A stretch of DNA of 64,000 nucleotides. It comes from Methanothrix sp. Lineage in GTDB: Archaea; Halobacteriota; Methanosarcinia; Methanotrichales; Methanotrichaceae. Below the pieces are notes generated by a model. It was not told the origin of the DNA, made no database searches, and worked only from the letters and a program-made list of their open reading frames with translations. Where the stretch lies: assembly GCA_963682135.1 (NCBI GenBank), contig OY821645.1, positions 608,001-672,000 on the forward strand, given 5' to 3'. The translations under genes were made by a program, and so were the position numbers. Shown here in pieces: positions 1-10,253 of the stretch (the stretch's first letter is position 1; each line of letters opens with the position of its first letter).

Positions 1-1062
1 TGTATCGTATGGATCGTTATATGGGATAATGGTCTCCTCTAAGGGTAGGTCTTTGGGAGCTACCTTGGAGTATCTGAACATAGGATGATTGGTCATAATA
101 CTCGGCTCACTGGTGTTGCCGTCTGTGAAATAGAGGTTGCCGTCATCCTTGTTCCACTCGACGATCGTAGATCTTCCTGTGCTATCGTAAATCATGTAGT
201 GGATTCCACCTACTGACTGATATTCCTTATTTGCCAGGAAGGCGATCTTGGCCTCCTCGACTGTACGGCAGGTCTCAAGAACGAGCCTTCCCATTTGCAT
301 GGCGAGCACACCGCTATTTCTGCTTCCTGAGAAGGACGTATTAGCCACCGGTTCTATACTGGGATCCTGCAAAATATCTATGCCTAAACCTTCTGAGTTG
401 AGTCCATCGAGTACTGAGTTGATCTCATGAGCTCCGATGACCATGGTCGCATAACCTCTATCAGGATAAATCTCCATCAAAAACAGACGGGAGAATAGCC
501 GGTTTCCACTTATGTTCTCTGTTTTGTTTAAGTAGACGGCGATGGGCACTCTGAAGAAGTCCTGGCTTTTGACAGATAAGGCATGGCCATTTTCCGTTAA
601 CGTGGGTGGGAAGTAGATCATGGAGCAGGCTCGTGATTCGGTGTCATAGGGCAAGACGGTTGTATCGAAGGTGCCATTGTCCTGCGATAGCCCATAGCTC
701 AAAGCTACCCCCTTCATCCTCTCTCGCATGATGGGATAGTTCCTTGCCATGTATTCCTTTCGGGCTTCGCCGTATACCGGATCGGCGTATTTCTTCAGGG
801 ACGTTACCCCATAATCTTTCTGGGCGATCTCTCCCAGGGCCGTGCCGATTTGGGTGTTGTTTCCTTTGAGGATGATATGCCGCCACTCCATCTCGGTGCC
901 GTTTTCCATGGGGATCATAATTTCATCTTTGACAATGGCTGAGTCTGCGGATATGGTCGCGTCGGGTAAATGATCGTTTGTCCGGGACTCCTCTGCATAA
1001 GAGATGCCCAAAAAAAATGCCAGGACAATAATTGATCCTAAAAACAGTGGTTTTGATAACAT
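1..1062 (-). CDS. Secreted Ntn-hydrolase, peptidase C45-like; runs off the left edge
   Basis: Translated by hand from ATG at 1062 (not in the ORF track because it is open at the edge): signal peptide MLSKPLFLGSIIVLAFFLGISYA, then ACSMIYFPP..NGHALSVKSQDF, the nucleophile-Cys region typical of C45. Confidence 0.7.
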   Translation of the reverse strand, partial: MLSKPLFLGSIIVLAFFLGISYAEESRTNDHLPDATISADSAIVKDEIMIPMENGTEMEWRHIILKGNNTQIGTALGEIAQKDYGVTSLKKYADPVYGEARKEYMARNYPIMRERMKGVALSYGLSQDNGTFDTTVLPYDTESRACSMIYFPPTLTENGHALSVKSQDFFRVPIAVYLNKTENISGNRLFSRLFLMEIYPDRGYATMVIGAHEINSVLDGLNSEGLGIDILQDPSIEPVANTSFSGSRNSGVLAMQMGRLVLETCRTVEEAKIAFLANKEYQSVGGIHYMIYDSTGRSTIVEWNKDDGNLYFTDGNTSEPSIMTNHPMFRYSKVAPKDLPLEETIIPYNDPYDT

Positions 1063-1277
1063 TATTTTCTATATATGGCAGTTTACTACTTATAGATTTT
1101 TATCATCAAAACGCAAGCTTCCTGGAGAGACTCAACAGCTTCGCCTTGCTGCCTTCCGAGATTTAACGGAAAATAGGTCTTCAATCCATTACTTTGATTC
1201 TTTAAATTATATTTGGGATGTGAAGCCGAAGGCTGATCAGGGTATCCTTGCTACCCTCAGGGAATATTTCTTCTCGC

Positions 1278-2291
1278 TTAGGTGACAACAAGAAGCATCA
1301 ACAGCACTGACATCCTTACAGCCACGCTGATGACCGTGGATATTATGACCAGGGACAGGCCCAGCTTCATGCCGAAGACCGAGGTGTAATTGGGCAGAAG
1401 CGAACGCAGAGAGTAGAAGGGGAGCATGAAAAGGCTGCCCAGCATGAGAACGATGAGGGCTTTTGTCTCAGATATGCCGTCGTTTTGGATGAGGGGACCC
1501 AATAACGCAATTCCCGCCTTGGGGCTGGCCACATAAATGGTGAGCGGGATTATCGTCTCCGGGGGAACGCCGAAAAAGTGGGCCAGAGGCAAGACATCCA
1601 GGGATTGAAGAATGCCTTCCCGACTTAAGTACAAGACCAGGAAGGTCATGATGAAGTAGAGCCCTGCAATTCTGAAAAAAATGCGGCTCTGTCCACGCAG
1701 GGATTTTATGGCGGCCTTCTTTAAATTGCTCCATGTCTCAGGCTGAGAGAGCGAGAGCCGCGCGCAAGATGAAGCGGATGGTGCTGACGGATCAGACAGT
1801 CGTGAAGCAGAGGACGGAGGAGATGATGAAGCCACGGATAGATCAGCAGGTAGATAGGCCCGGCCCATAACCATGACCAGTGCCATTTTTATGAGGCCTG
1901 TAGCGATAGAGATAACGGCATAAGCCCCGCCCACGAAGATGCCCAGAACCGGAATCACAAAAGCCAGTTGGTAGGTGAAAAGCTCCCGGAAATAGACGGG
2001 AACGCTGTTCATGATGGCGCTCAGGAATGCCTGGCGATTGCTCAGCTGGCCATCTGCCAGCAATCTGGCGATTACGGTATTAGCAGCCAGAGCTGAGCCC
2101 AAGCTGATGACGAAGGTGGAGGCAGATACTGCCGGCAGGTGGGATACAGAAACCAGCGGCTTGGCAAGATGGGTGATGCACGAGAAGGCATCCATCTCCA
2201 CCATGAGGCCGGTGATAAAGAGCATGAGAAAGACAACTGCCATGGTAGAGACGGTATCGTCGAGCGTTTGCAGAAGTAGATCGAGCATCAT
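1278..2291 (-). CDS. Nucleoside-recognition (Gate) domain membrane protein
   Basis: Multi-TM protein with two similar halves and a Ser-rich linker; start moved to MMLDLL. Confidence 0.65.
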   Translation of the reverse strand: MMLDLLLQTLDDTVSTMAVVFLMLFITGLMVEMDAFSCITHLAKPLVSVSHLPAVSASTFVISLGSALAANTVIARLLADGQLSNRQAFLSAIMNSVPVYFRELFTYQLAFVIPVLGIFVGGAYAVISIATGLIKMALVMVMGRAYLPADLSVASSSPPSSASRLSDPSAPSASSCARLSLSQPETWSNLKKAAIKSLRGQSRIFFRIAGLYFIMTFLVLYLSREGILQSLDVLPLAHFFGVPPETIIPLTIYVASPKAGIALLGPLIQNDGISETKALIVLMLGSLFMLPFYSLRSLLPNYTSVFGMKLGLSLVIISTVISVAVRMSVLLMLLVVT

Positions 2292-2427
2292 TAAATCCTT
2301 TATCTCAAATTCTCCGGATGATATTTTATAATTTTCGGTTATTTGAGCAGCCAGATTTATTACCCGGCAATTGCCAAGAGAAAATCTGGAGAAAAGGCAT
2401 GGGTCTGGAGAATAGTAGAGGATCTGT

Positions 2428-3399
2428 ATGAGATCATTTTCGCCTCGCATGGCCGCTCGGGCGCTCTGGCAGATGAGGGTGCGAAGGAGGCCTTTTGTGC
2501 TCTCTCACGGCATTAATGCCCGCTGCAATCTGAGCTGTCGCTTTTGCGAGTACTGGAGGCGCCCTGGAGAGGAGATGAGCACGCCCCAGATCCTGCAAAT
2601 GCTGGATGAGGCGCGAGAATTCGGCATAGGCGTTTACAATGCCTGGACGGTGGAGCCGCTGCTGCGAGAGGACCTGCCCAAAATTCTCAGCCATGCCAAG
2701 GATCTGGGGATGACCACCTCGCTCATCACCAACGGCCTGCTCTTGCTCAAAAGGGCTGGAGAGCTGGATGATCTGGACCTTCTCTCAGTCTCCGTGGACG
2801 GCATCAAAAGTTATCGGGAGCTGCGGGGCATTGATTTGCAGATTGTCCTGGAAGGCATCCGGGCGGCGCAGCAGGCGGGCCATGAGATTTTGATGAACTG
2901 CGTCATCTCCGGAAAAAATGTGGGCGAGCTCGCAGATCTGGTATCCATGGCAAAGTCGCTGGGGTGCTGGATATCTTTTGAGCCCATGCATGAGTCCCTG
3001 GGCATCGAGGAGAAGGTCTGGAGCGCTTTGAGGATACAGAACATTCCTGCCTATGAGCAGGCCTTAGATCAACTGATTGAACTGAAGAAAAGCGGCGCGC
3101 CCATCATCAACTCGGTGACCTATCTGAAAATGATAAGGGACCTGGAACCGCGATTTAGTTGCCATGCCGGCGACATCATTTTGCATGTGGCAGCAGACGG
3201 CAGCATAGGAAGCTGCCGCGTGCACCACGAACCTCTGGGCAATGTCTCAGAGGGGCTGGCAAAGGTCTGGCAGTCGTCGCAAGAGAAGCGCCGCAGGATC
3301 GTCGCGGGATGCGACGGCTGCCTGTTCTTTGGGTATGTGGAGAACAGCCTGCTATTCGATTTTGTGCCTGAAGTGCTGGCCCATTACGAATGGATCTAG
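2428..3399 (+). CDS. Radical SAM protein with SPASM-like C-terminus
   Basis: CNLSCRFC motif, EPLLR, ITNG, C-terminal Cys cluster. Confidence 0.9.
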   Translation: MRSFSPRMAARALWQMRVRRRPFVLSHGINARCNLSCRFCEYWRRPGEEMSTPQILQMLDEAREFGIGVYNAWTVEPLLREDLPKILSHAKDLGMTTSLITNGLLLLKRAGELDDLDLLSVSVDGIKSYRELRGIDLQIVLEGIRAAQQAGHEILMNCVISGKNVGELADLVSMAKSLGCWISFEPMHESLGIEEKVWSALRIQNIPAYEQALDQLIELKKSGAPIINSVTYLKMIRDLEPRFSCHAGDIILHVAADGSIGSCRVHHEPLGNVSEGLAKVWQSSQEKRRRIVAGCDGCLFFGYVENSLLFDFVPEVLAHYEWI

Positions 3400-3770
3400 A
3401 ATCCGCTGCCTACTTTCATTATCTTTATCTCTTTCCAGCTATCTCCGCCCCATCCGCCGGTCTGGTTCATGAGCTGCAATTCTTCCTCAGAGGTGATATT
3501 GAGCAGTAATGTTCCTGACGCACTCAAATTGCCTTTCGGAACATCAATCCAGCTCAAGCTGACAGTATTGCCTTCCACCGTGCCGTTAGCGACGCTGGTC
3601 CAGCTCGGGCTCACACCGGACGACTCGCAGAGCCACCAAACGGAATTGCCGATCTGCCGGATATAGATATCTGCATTCGGGATTACTTTCCAGTCTCCCG
3701 TCAAGTCAACTGCCATAGCCGTCGAGCTCAGGACCGCGGCTATTACTAATAGCCAATACAGTTTGCTCAT
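3396..3770 (-). CDS. Secreted hypothetical beta-rich protein
   Basis: Signal peptide followed by DLTGDW. Confidence 0.7.
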   Translation of the reverse strand: MSKLYWLLVIAAVLSSTAMAVDLTGDWKVIPNADIYIRQIGNSVWWLCESSGVSPSWTSVANGTVEGNTVSLSWIDVPKGNLSASGTLLLNITSEEELQLMNQTGGWGGDSWKEIKIMKVGSGF

Positions 3771-3954
3771 TTTTCAATCACCGATGCGACATTTCTCATT
3801 ATCATTTATTACTCTTTTCAGTTAAATGTTTTTACTAAAGTTATGAGTTAGATCGTTGGGCTCTTTCAAGGCATAAATGCCAGCCGCCGGGCTATTGTCT
3901 GAGGGGCGAGGAAAAAGCGCCTCGATAATCAGCCTGGCAATCGATCAAGGATGC

Positions 3955-4089
3955 CTATTTTATCGGCTTTTCGCCTCTTGCCTGCGCTTTTTGCCGTCTA
4001 GCCTCTTGCTTCTCTTTCTTCTTGTTCACCGTCGCCGTGCTCGGTGCGTCCTTTTTGAATAGGTTGATCATTGAATTGCTCCCTGCCAT
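3955..4089 (-). CDS. Putative small basic protein (44 aa)
   Basis: MAGSNSMINLFKKDAPSTATVNKKKEKQEARRQKAQARGEKPIK; below the ORF-track cutoff; fills an intergenic gap. Confidence 0.45.
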   Translation of the reverse strand: MAGSNSMINLFKKDAPSTATVNKKKEKQEARRQKAQARGEKPIK

Positions 4090-4161
4090 ACCTCATGATT
4101 AATGTGATGTCATTGGAACCTGATCATATTAATCTGTTCGCACCTCAACACAGTAAGTCGC

Positions 4162-4635
4162 CTAGCTGCAAGGCAGCCAGTCCAGTCTGACGGAGCCAAG
4201 TGTGCTGTTGGACCAGAGCTGCAAAAATTTCTCAATCTTGAATACGCCAGTCAGATCCTCAGTGGCCAGACTGTAGGTGGCATGTCTGCCCATGTAGTAG
4301 GGCATCATGTCTTTGGACTGCCAGGCGATATGGGCCTTTCCGATGACATTGGAATTTAGACTTACCTCCAAGGAGGCATTGCCCCGCGTGTAGTCCTTTT
4401 CATTATTGGATGTGTTGTAAGATCGGCTGACAACCTCGGTCTCTTTGTCCAGGTGCTCGAAATCCTTGTAGGACTCGGTGACGCTCGCCCCGGCATCATA
4501 GTTCTTGACACAAATGGTGTCTTCAGTCCCGATATTGCCCATAGCCTGGTAGAACGAGGCCGGCATATCTGCGAAAGCCGGGCTGAATAGGAAGAGAATC
4601 GAAAACAAGATGAACATCACTCTGGGCGACCGCAT
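4162..4635 (-). CDS. Secreted hypothetical protein, paralog of 47211..47711
   Basis: Signal peptide; shared motifs NSNVIGKAHIAWQS, EDLTGVF, C-terminal DWLPCS. Confidence 0.8.
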   Translation of the reverse strand: MRSPRVMFILFSILFLFSPAFADMPASFYQAMGNIGTEDTICVKNYDAGASVTESYKDFEHLDKETEVVSRSYNTSNNEKDYTRGNASLEVSLNSNVIGKAHIAWQSKDMMPYYMGRHATYSLATEDLTGVFKIEKFLQLWSNSTLGSVRLDWLPCS

Positions 4636-4762
4636 CGGCTGTTTGGATTGCCAGAGCTTCTATTTAAGATGTTGGGCGACCTTTGGGGTGCAAGCCACAA
4701 TGATGCTATCGCTATGTGAAGGCGTAAAAAACCGCGTCCAGAAGGGCGCGGTAGTTACGCCT

Positions 4763-5938
4763 TCATTTCGTCGACACGATCTTTATGACATCCCCGTCCT
4801 TCAGCTCGTGCTTCTCGCCCAGCCTCATCTTCGTCTTGGCATCAATGGCAAAGAGGAAGCTCTCGCCGATGTCCGAGTGGACGCGAAAAGCGAGGTCGCG
4901 CGCCGTGCTGCCCCGTTTCATGAGGAAGGCATCCGGCAGTATCACGCCCTTTCTGTCCGTGAACTTGCCCTCATCCTCCACCGGATAGAGCACAATGTAA
5001 TCCAAAAGCTCGAAGACGGCACGATTGATGCACTGCTGCACACCCGTTCCACCGTACTGCTTCATGAGTGAGCGGATCTTCTCCAGTCCCGCTGTCTGAG
5101 CTTTGTTGAGCTGGCCCACGATCTCAAAGTCGGCGTCACCGGGCTTGTACTTGATCAGCCCCGCCTTCTCGGCCATGCGTAGCGCAATCTCAGCCGACCC
5201 GCTCACCGGAACGACCATATCGTCCTTCAAGGCCAGCAGCTTTTTCACATACTCGGGAGGCGCTATGTCCATCTTATTGGCGGCCAGAATCATGGGCTTG
5301 CTGTAGGCGCGCAGCATCTTGGCAAAGCGGAGCACATCCTCATCCTTCCAGCTTCCCAGATCTTTCTTCATCTCCGTCACAGCCCGACGGATCTGGCTAT
5401 CCGAGACCCCGACGCCTGCCATCTGCTCCATGAGAACCTGCTCTGGCTTGCCACCTACTCCTTTGTAGTTGCGCATCAGCTTGTCCCAGTTGCGCTTGAG
5501 AATGCCGTTCAGCCACATGCTGATCTCATATTCCAGGAACTTGACATCGGTAACGGGATCGTGATTACCCAGGCCAACGGGATTTCCCTCCAGGTCAGTT
5601 CCACCCGAGGCATCCAGCACATGAATTACGGCTTCTGCTACCCGTAGAGCGTCCAGGAACTCATTGCCCAGGCCCTTTCCCAAATGAGCATCAGGCACAA
5701 GGCCGGCCACGTCGATCAGCTCGATGGCGATAAAGCGCTGGCCATCCTTGCACCGGCCACAGCCTTCCTTGATGCCCAGTTCCTTGCAGGGGCAGGACGC
5801 ACGCACGTAGGAGACGCCGTGATTGGCATCAATAGTAGTAAACGGATAATTGGCAATATCCACTTCAACCAGGGTCGCTGCCTTAAAAAAAGTGGATTTG
5901 CCGGAGTTTGGCTTTCCAGCCAGCCCGACAGATAGCAT
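4763..5938 (-). CDS. ychF: Archaeal YchF-type ATPase/GTPase (OBG family, TGS domain)
   Basis: GKPNSGKST, YPFTT, DVAGLV, NKMD, C-terminal TGS. Confidence 0.9.
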   Translation of the reverse strand: MLSVGLAGKPNSGKSTFFKAATLVEVDIANYPFTTIDANHGVSYVRASCPCKELGIKEGCGRCKDGQRFIAIELIDVAGLVPDAHLGKGLGNEFLDALRVAEAVIHVLDASGGTDLEGNPVGLGNHDPVTDVKFLEYEISMWLNGILKRNWDKLMRNYKGVGGKPEQVLMEQMAGVGVSDSQIRRAVTEMKKDLGSWKDEDVLRFAKMLRAYSKPMILAANKMDIAPPEYVKKLLALKDDMVVPVSGSAEIALRMAEKAGLIKYKPGDADFEIVGQLNKAQTAGLEKIRSLMKQYGGTGVQQCINRAVFELLDYIVLYPVEDEGKFTDRKGVILPDAFLMKRGSTARDLAFRVHSDIGESFLFAIDAKTKMRLGEKHELKDGDVIKIVSTK

Positions 5939-5966
5939 ATTCAATCAGTGGTCCTTTCTATTATCA

Positions 5967-7064
5967 TTAACGGATGATGCCGCTCACATTCATCTCGAGG
6001 CATTTGCTCTCAAAGCGCTTGACCTTTCCGCCGGCCAGTTTCTTAGCAAGAGCCAGCCCCTTCTCAGAGATAGGCTTCTCAGAGACTGCACCTTTCGCCA
6101 GAGTAGCAGCGTAGAGCTTCTCGCCTGCATCCGTGCGGGTGAGAATAGTAGACCAGCCATCTGCTGAGCCCACACTGCCCACGGAGATGTCAGCCAGCTC
6201 GCTGGCAAAGTCAAAGCATGGACCGCATCCCGGGAATGTGAATGCATCAGTCTCATTGATCTTGACTTCATGGGCCTTGCCGGTCTTGTCAATAACCCGG
6301 AACATGCCCTTCTTGATCTCAAAGCGAGCTACATCCTTGGGCAGAAGCCCGAACCTGGCCTTAACCAGACCGTTCATGAGAGCATTGTAGTCGAAGTTCT
6401 CCATGCAGAAGAGGCCGACGAGCAGTGCGATCCTGTCCTGGCCGAATTGATAAGGCTCATCGAGAAGCTTGACCTTTCGTAGCCCCTGGATCTGACAGGG
6501 TGTGCCCACAAAACCGATCTTTTTGTAGCCCTTCTCCAGGGCAATCCTGACAGCATCGACGCTATTGGAGATGGTGTACTTGGTTCCTGCAGAGGCGGAA
6601 ATCTCCTCGGCAGTGGTCGCAACTTTAGCTACCGTTCTCCACTCCTCATCTTTGTCTGTGACCACAGCGCAGTCGATCACACCAGACTGCAGAGCCTGCA
6701 CTAGCAGGGCAGTGGCCACTCCTCCATCCTGGGCCCCAGCCGACGCGGGCTTGGCCTGAGCGGAAACGGCGTTCTTGTAGATTCCCAGCGCTTCATCGGC
6801 ATTTCGCGTCCGGCCGAATAGCTTTGTCTCCATTGCTCCCATGTCGAGGAAAGTCCTGGGGCAGTAGGTGAAGCACAGTCCACAGAGCGGATCGTAATTT
6901 ACCAGAGCGGGCTTGTTCTCAACATGCTCAATTCTGGGGCAGAAGGCCTCGCAGGTGCCGCAGCGGCAGCATATCTCCGACTTGATGACCTTATACTCCA
7001 GCTCTCCGAATCCACATTCCAGATAAGTGGGCTCAGCAAACTTCTCCTTGGCAGCCATGATCAT
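5967..7064 (-). CDS. Coenzyme F420 hydrogenase/dehydrogenase beta-subunit family protein (FrhB/FpoF-like) with N-terminal ferredoxin
   Basis: CCRCGTCEAFCP, QDGG, GTKY, GTPCQ, GLFCMENF, ADISVGSVGS. Confidence 0.9.
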   Translation of the reverse strand: MIMAAKEKFAEPTYLECGFGELEYKVIKSEICCRCGTCEAFCPRIEHVENKPALVNYDPLCGLCFTYCPRTFLDMGAMETKLFGRTRNADEALGIYKNAVSAQAKPASAGAQDGGVATALLVQALQSGVIDCAVVTDKDEEWRTVAKVATTAEEISASAGTKYTISNSVDAVRIALEKGYKKIGFVGTPCQIQGLRKVKLLDEPYQFGQDRIALLVGLFCMENFDYNALMNGLVKARFGLLPKDVARFEIKKGMFRVIDKTGKAHEVKINETDAFTFPGCGPCFDFASELADISVGSVGSADGWSTILTRTDAGEKLYAATLAKGAVSEKPISEKGLALAKKLAGGKVKRFESKCLEMNVSGIIR

Positions 7065-7139
7065 GATCTCCGAAAGTTGGTGGCTTAAAGATATCTTCCG
7101 ACCTAAAGCTTTTATGGTTCAAATGGCCTCAACCAGCCA

Positions 7140-8114
7140 ATGATACTGGGTCTGGATATCGGCGGGGCCAACACCAAAGCAGCAAGCTCGGATGGGCTGT
7201 TTGCACAAAGCGTCTACCTGCCTCTCTGGAAGCATGCGCCCTTGGACGAGGTTCTGGGCCGGTTTGCGGCGCGCCGGCCTCTGGCTGTGGCAGTCGTCAT
7301 CACGGGTGAGCTGGCCGACTGCTTCTCTTGCAAGCAAGAGGGCATTTTAAGCCTTACTGCAACGGTGAAACAGGCCTTTTCCTGCCCGGTCTATTTCTGG
7401 GGCGCGAATGGCTTTGCCTGGAAGGACCCCCTGGAGCTGGCTGCGGCCAACTGGGCTGCATCTGCTGCCTTGCTGGCACGCGAGGTAGGAGACTGCCTCT
7501 TCGTGGATATGGGCAGCACCACCACGGATCTCATCCCTATCCGCATGGGAAGAGCGCTGGCAGCCAAGACGGACTTTTTGCGTCTGGCCGGAGGCGATTT
7601 GGTCTACATGGGGCTGCTAAGAACGCGGCTCGATGCCCTGCTGCCCGCAGCCCAAATCAAAGGAAATAAGGTGCCGCTCGCGCCGGAGTTTTTCGCAATC
7701 ATGGCCGATGCCCGCCTGGGGTTGGGCCAGATCTCTGAGGAACGCTATACCTGCGAGACACCGGATGGCGCAGGAAAGGATAGGAATGCAGCGCTTCGCA
7801 GACTGGCGCGCTCTGTCTGCGCCGATCTGGAAGAGATTGGCGAAGCTGCGGCCCTGGCTATAGCTTCGCAGGCCTGCGAGAGGCAGAAGAGTATTCTGGT
7901 CGCGGCACTGGAGAGACAATTGGAACGCCATGAACTAACCAAGGTGGTGGCGGCAGGAATCGGCGAGGAGATAATCGCGCAGGCGGCGGCATTTCTGGGG
8001 GTGGACTGCCTGCGGCTGTCGGAGAGGTACGGGGAAAGGATATCGGATGTGTTCCCGGCCTATGCCGTAGCCAGGCTGGCAGAGACGGAGCTATCTGAAA
8101 TTACAGCGCCTTAG
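7140..8114 (+). CDS. mfnF: Methanofuran biosynthesis protein MfnF (hydantoinase/oxoprolinase family)
   Basis: GLDIGGANTK, TGELADCF, AAANW, DMGSTTTDLIPI. Confidence 0.8.
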   Translation: MILGLDIGGANTKAASSDGLFAQSVYLPLWKHAPLDEVLGRFAARRPLAVAVVITGELADCFSCKQEGILSLTATVKQAFSCPVYFWGANGFAWKDPLELAAANWAASAALLAREVGDCLFVDMGSTTTDLIPIRMGRALAAKTDFLRLAGGDLVYMGLLRTRLDALLPAAQIKGNKVPLAPEFFAIMADARLGLGQISEERYTCETPDGAGKDRNAALRRLARSVCADLEEIGEAAALAIASQACERQKSILVAALERQLERHELTKVVAAGIGEEIIAQAAAFLGVDCLRLSERYGERISDVFPAYAVARLAETELSEITAP

Positions 8115-8386
8115 GACAGGACTATTACTATCAAGAATATGGATATTACTATGATGACTATTCTAGATCTGGAATGTGCCAGCGCACATTTAATTAAACT
8201 TAAATAGTTAAAAATACAGGTAATCTATTGGAGCCTTCTCCCCTGCAAAACTCCCTTTCGCAATTGAAGGCTCGCGCTCCCCTTCTATTCTGCAAGTTTA
8301 TTAAGTTCTCCGGCAGCCCATTTGAGGTGATTGTGCCACGGCCCGATTCGGTTCCACCGGACGCAAGGCAGCGAATGCCAGACCTT

Positions 8387-9301
8387 TTACTCAAACTCAA
8401 TTGTCCCCGGAGGCTTGGGGGTCAGATCGTAAACCACTCTGGCAACAGTCGGAATCTCGCCTGTGATGCGACTGGAGATGCACTTGAGCGTCTCCCAGGG
8501 AAGCTCCATTGCCTCCGCAGTCATTGCATCTCGGGAGGATACGGAACGAACAGCTACTACCCAGCCATAGACCCGGATATCGCCTTTTACGCCTGTGGCT
8601 TTGCCAAGCAGTGCAGCAAAAGCCTGCCAGGGGTTGAATTTCTCGATCTCTTCTTCCACGATGGAATTGGCTTTGCGTACTATATCCAGCTTCTCGGCTG
8701 TAACTTCGCCCACGATGCGCACCGCCAAGCCTGGTCCGGGATAGGGCATCCTCTCGCTGATCTCTTGGGGAAGGCCCAGAGCCCTGGCCACTTCGCGAAC
8801 CTCGTCCTTGTAAAGGTCGCGCAGGGGCTCGATTATGGTCTTGAAATCCATGCAAGTTGGTAGGCCCCCCACATTATGATGAGCCTTGATTCCACCATCA
8901 GACTCTATTCTGTCCGGGTAAATGGTGCCCTGCATGAGGCATCCGCCTCCGATTTTGCGTGACTCCTCCTCAAAGACACGGATGAAGGTCTCGCCCACGA
9001 TCATCCTCTTCTCTTCCGGGTCCGTGACCCCTTTCAAAGCATTGAGGAAACGCTCATGAGCATTCACGCGCACCAGACCGATGCCCTGAAAGAGCTGCTC
9101 AATTCGGTCCGACTCAAACTGCCTCATGAGCCCAGAGTCCACATAAACAGGAACCAAGCGATCCCCAATAGCGCGATGGGCCAGCATGGCGCATACCGAG
9201 CTGTCCACGCCACCCGATAACCCTATGATGGCGCGTCCCGATACATCGCGCCTGATTTCCTCGATGGCGTTCTCAATGAAACGTTGCACATTCATGGCCA
9301 T
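8387..9301 (-). CDS. guaAB: GMP synthase (glutamine-hydrolysing) subunit B
   Basis: [35 protein letters not shown]. Confidence 0.95.
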   Translation of the reverse strand: MAMNVQRFIENAIEEIRRDVSGRAIIGLSGGVDSSVCAMLAHRAIGDRLVPVYVDSGLMRQFESDRIEQLFQGIGLVRVNAHERFLNALKGVTDPEEKRMIVGETFIRVFEEESRKIGGGCLMQGTIYPDRIESDGGIKAHHNVGGLPTCMDFKTIIEPLRDLYKDEVREVARALGLPQEISERMPYPGPGLAVRIVGEVTAEKLDIVRKANSIVEEEIEKFNPWQAFAALLGKATGVKGDIRVYGWVVAVRSVSSRDAMTAEAMELPWETLKCISSRITGEIPTVARVVYDLTPKPPGTIEFE

Positions 9302-9424
9302 GATTAGCATGCCCGAGTTTGAGGATAATAGGCTTGCGGTTATGATTCGTGCTTATCTAGATGAGGCCAATATGACCCGTATCTGAAAAAAAAGGCTATA
9401 AATTATGAGAGAGATGGATATGCT

Positions 9425-9491
9425 GGCGAGAAGGGAGTTGGGGGCTCGCCGTTAAGACCTCCTCAAGAGAGGGCCTTCCTCCGGCCCTCTC
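9425..9491 (+). promoter_or_regulatory. Two-hairpin structured leader or small RNA downstream of a BRE/TATA-like motif
   Basis: GGCGAG..CTCGCC and GAGAGGGCC..GGCCCTCTC stems; AAAAAAGGCTATAAAT upstream. Confidence 0.4.
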
Positions 9492-9544
9492 AACCAATAA
9501 GAATCACAATCAATGGAATTTTGCCAATAACCAGGGTGTAGGAA

Positions 9545-10198
9545 ATGAATTACTTCAAAGCCTTGATGTGCATGACAGCGCTCGCCGCATGTCTGCTGAC
9601 CGGTATTGCATGGGGAGAAGACTATCTGGAGGGCGGATATGTGAGCAGTTACGATCGCTCTGCAATGATGGATAAAGGAATTGCCGGCATGGTACAGTGG
9701 CTGGACCTGCCCGTTCCAGGCAGCGCCTTTGCGCCCTACAAAGAGTACTACAAGACTACCGTTTCACCCACAATGTTCGTAATGAGCGATGCGGTGAGCA
9801 GCCCGGTCCAGTATGATATCACCGGACAGATGCCCGCCGGGGTGTACTACAGAAACGGCCAGTGGCTGTCCTACGCCACCTATGCTACGTCGCGGATCAC
9901 CCAGAGCAATGATCTCTGGATATCGGGCCAGACCAACTGGACCCAGTATGCGGCAATCCCTGTCGGTTCATCGCTTCAACTGCTGGCCAATGTACCATCG
10001 GGCGGGATAGGGAGCTTCTTCAAGTTGATCCAGACCAATACCATCAGCACCGATTATAAGACCGCTCAGTTCAATTTGGGATACAGCAGCATGAGCTTTA
10101 TCGCCGGGCAGACGGGAAGGCACATGCTCTACTTTGTGGTGAACAATCAGCCGAGCAATGTGGTCATTGTGGATGTGTTCTCCCAGGCCCTTGGATAA
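9545..10198 (+). CDS. Secreted hypothetical protein
   Basis: Signal peptide; Tyr/Ser-rich; C-terminal GRHMLYFVVNNQPSNVVIVDV. Confidence 0.75.
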   Translation: MNYFKALMCMTALAACLLTGIAWGEDYLEGGYVSSYDRSAMMDKGIAGMVQWLDLPVPGSAFAPYKEYYKTTVSPTMFVMSDAVSSPVQYDITGQMPAGVYYRNGQWLSYATYATSRITQSNDLWISGQTNWTQYAAIPVGSSLQLLANVPSGGIGSFFKLIQTNTISTDYKTAQFNLGYSSMSFIAGQTGRHMLYFVVNNQPSNVVIVDVFSQALG

Positions 10199-10253
10199 AT
10201 GATTGCAGTGCTAGGGCGGAGACATTTCCGCCTTCACGTTCAATTTCCATCGA

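Noticed and set aside
8115-8386. Hairpins between mfnF and guaAB as tRNA, SRP or RNase P RNA
   Set aside because: No cloverleaf, T-loop or SRP/RNase P signature; probably terminators of convergent genes
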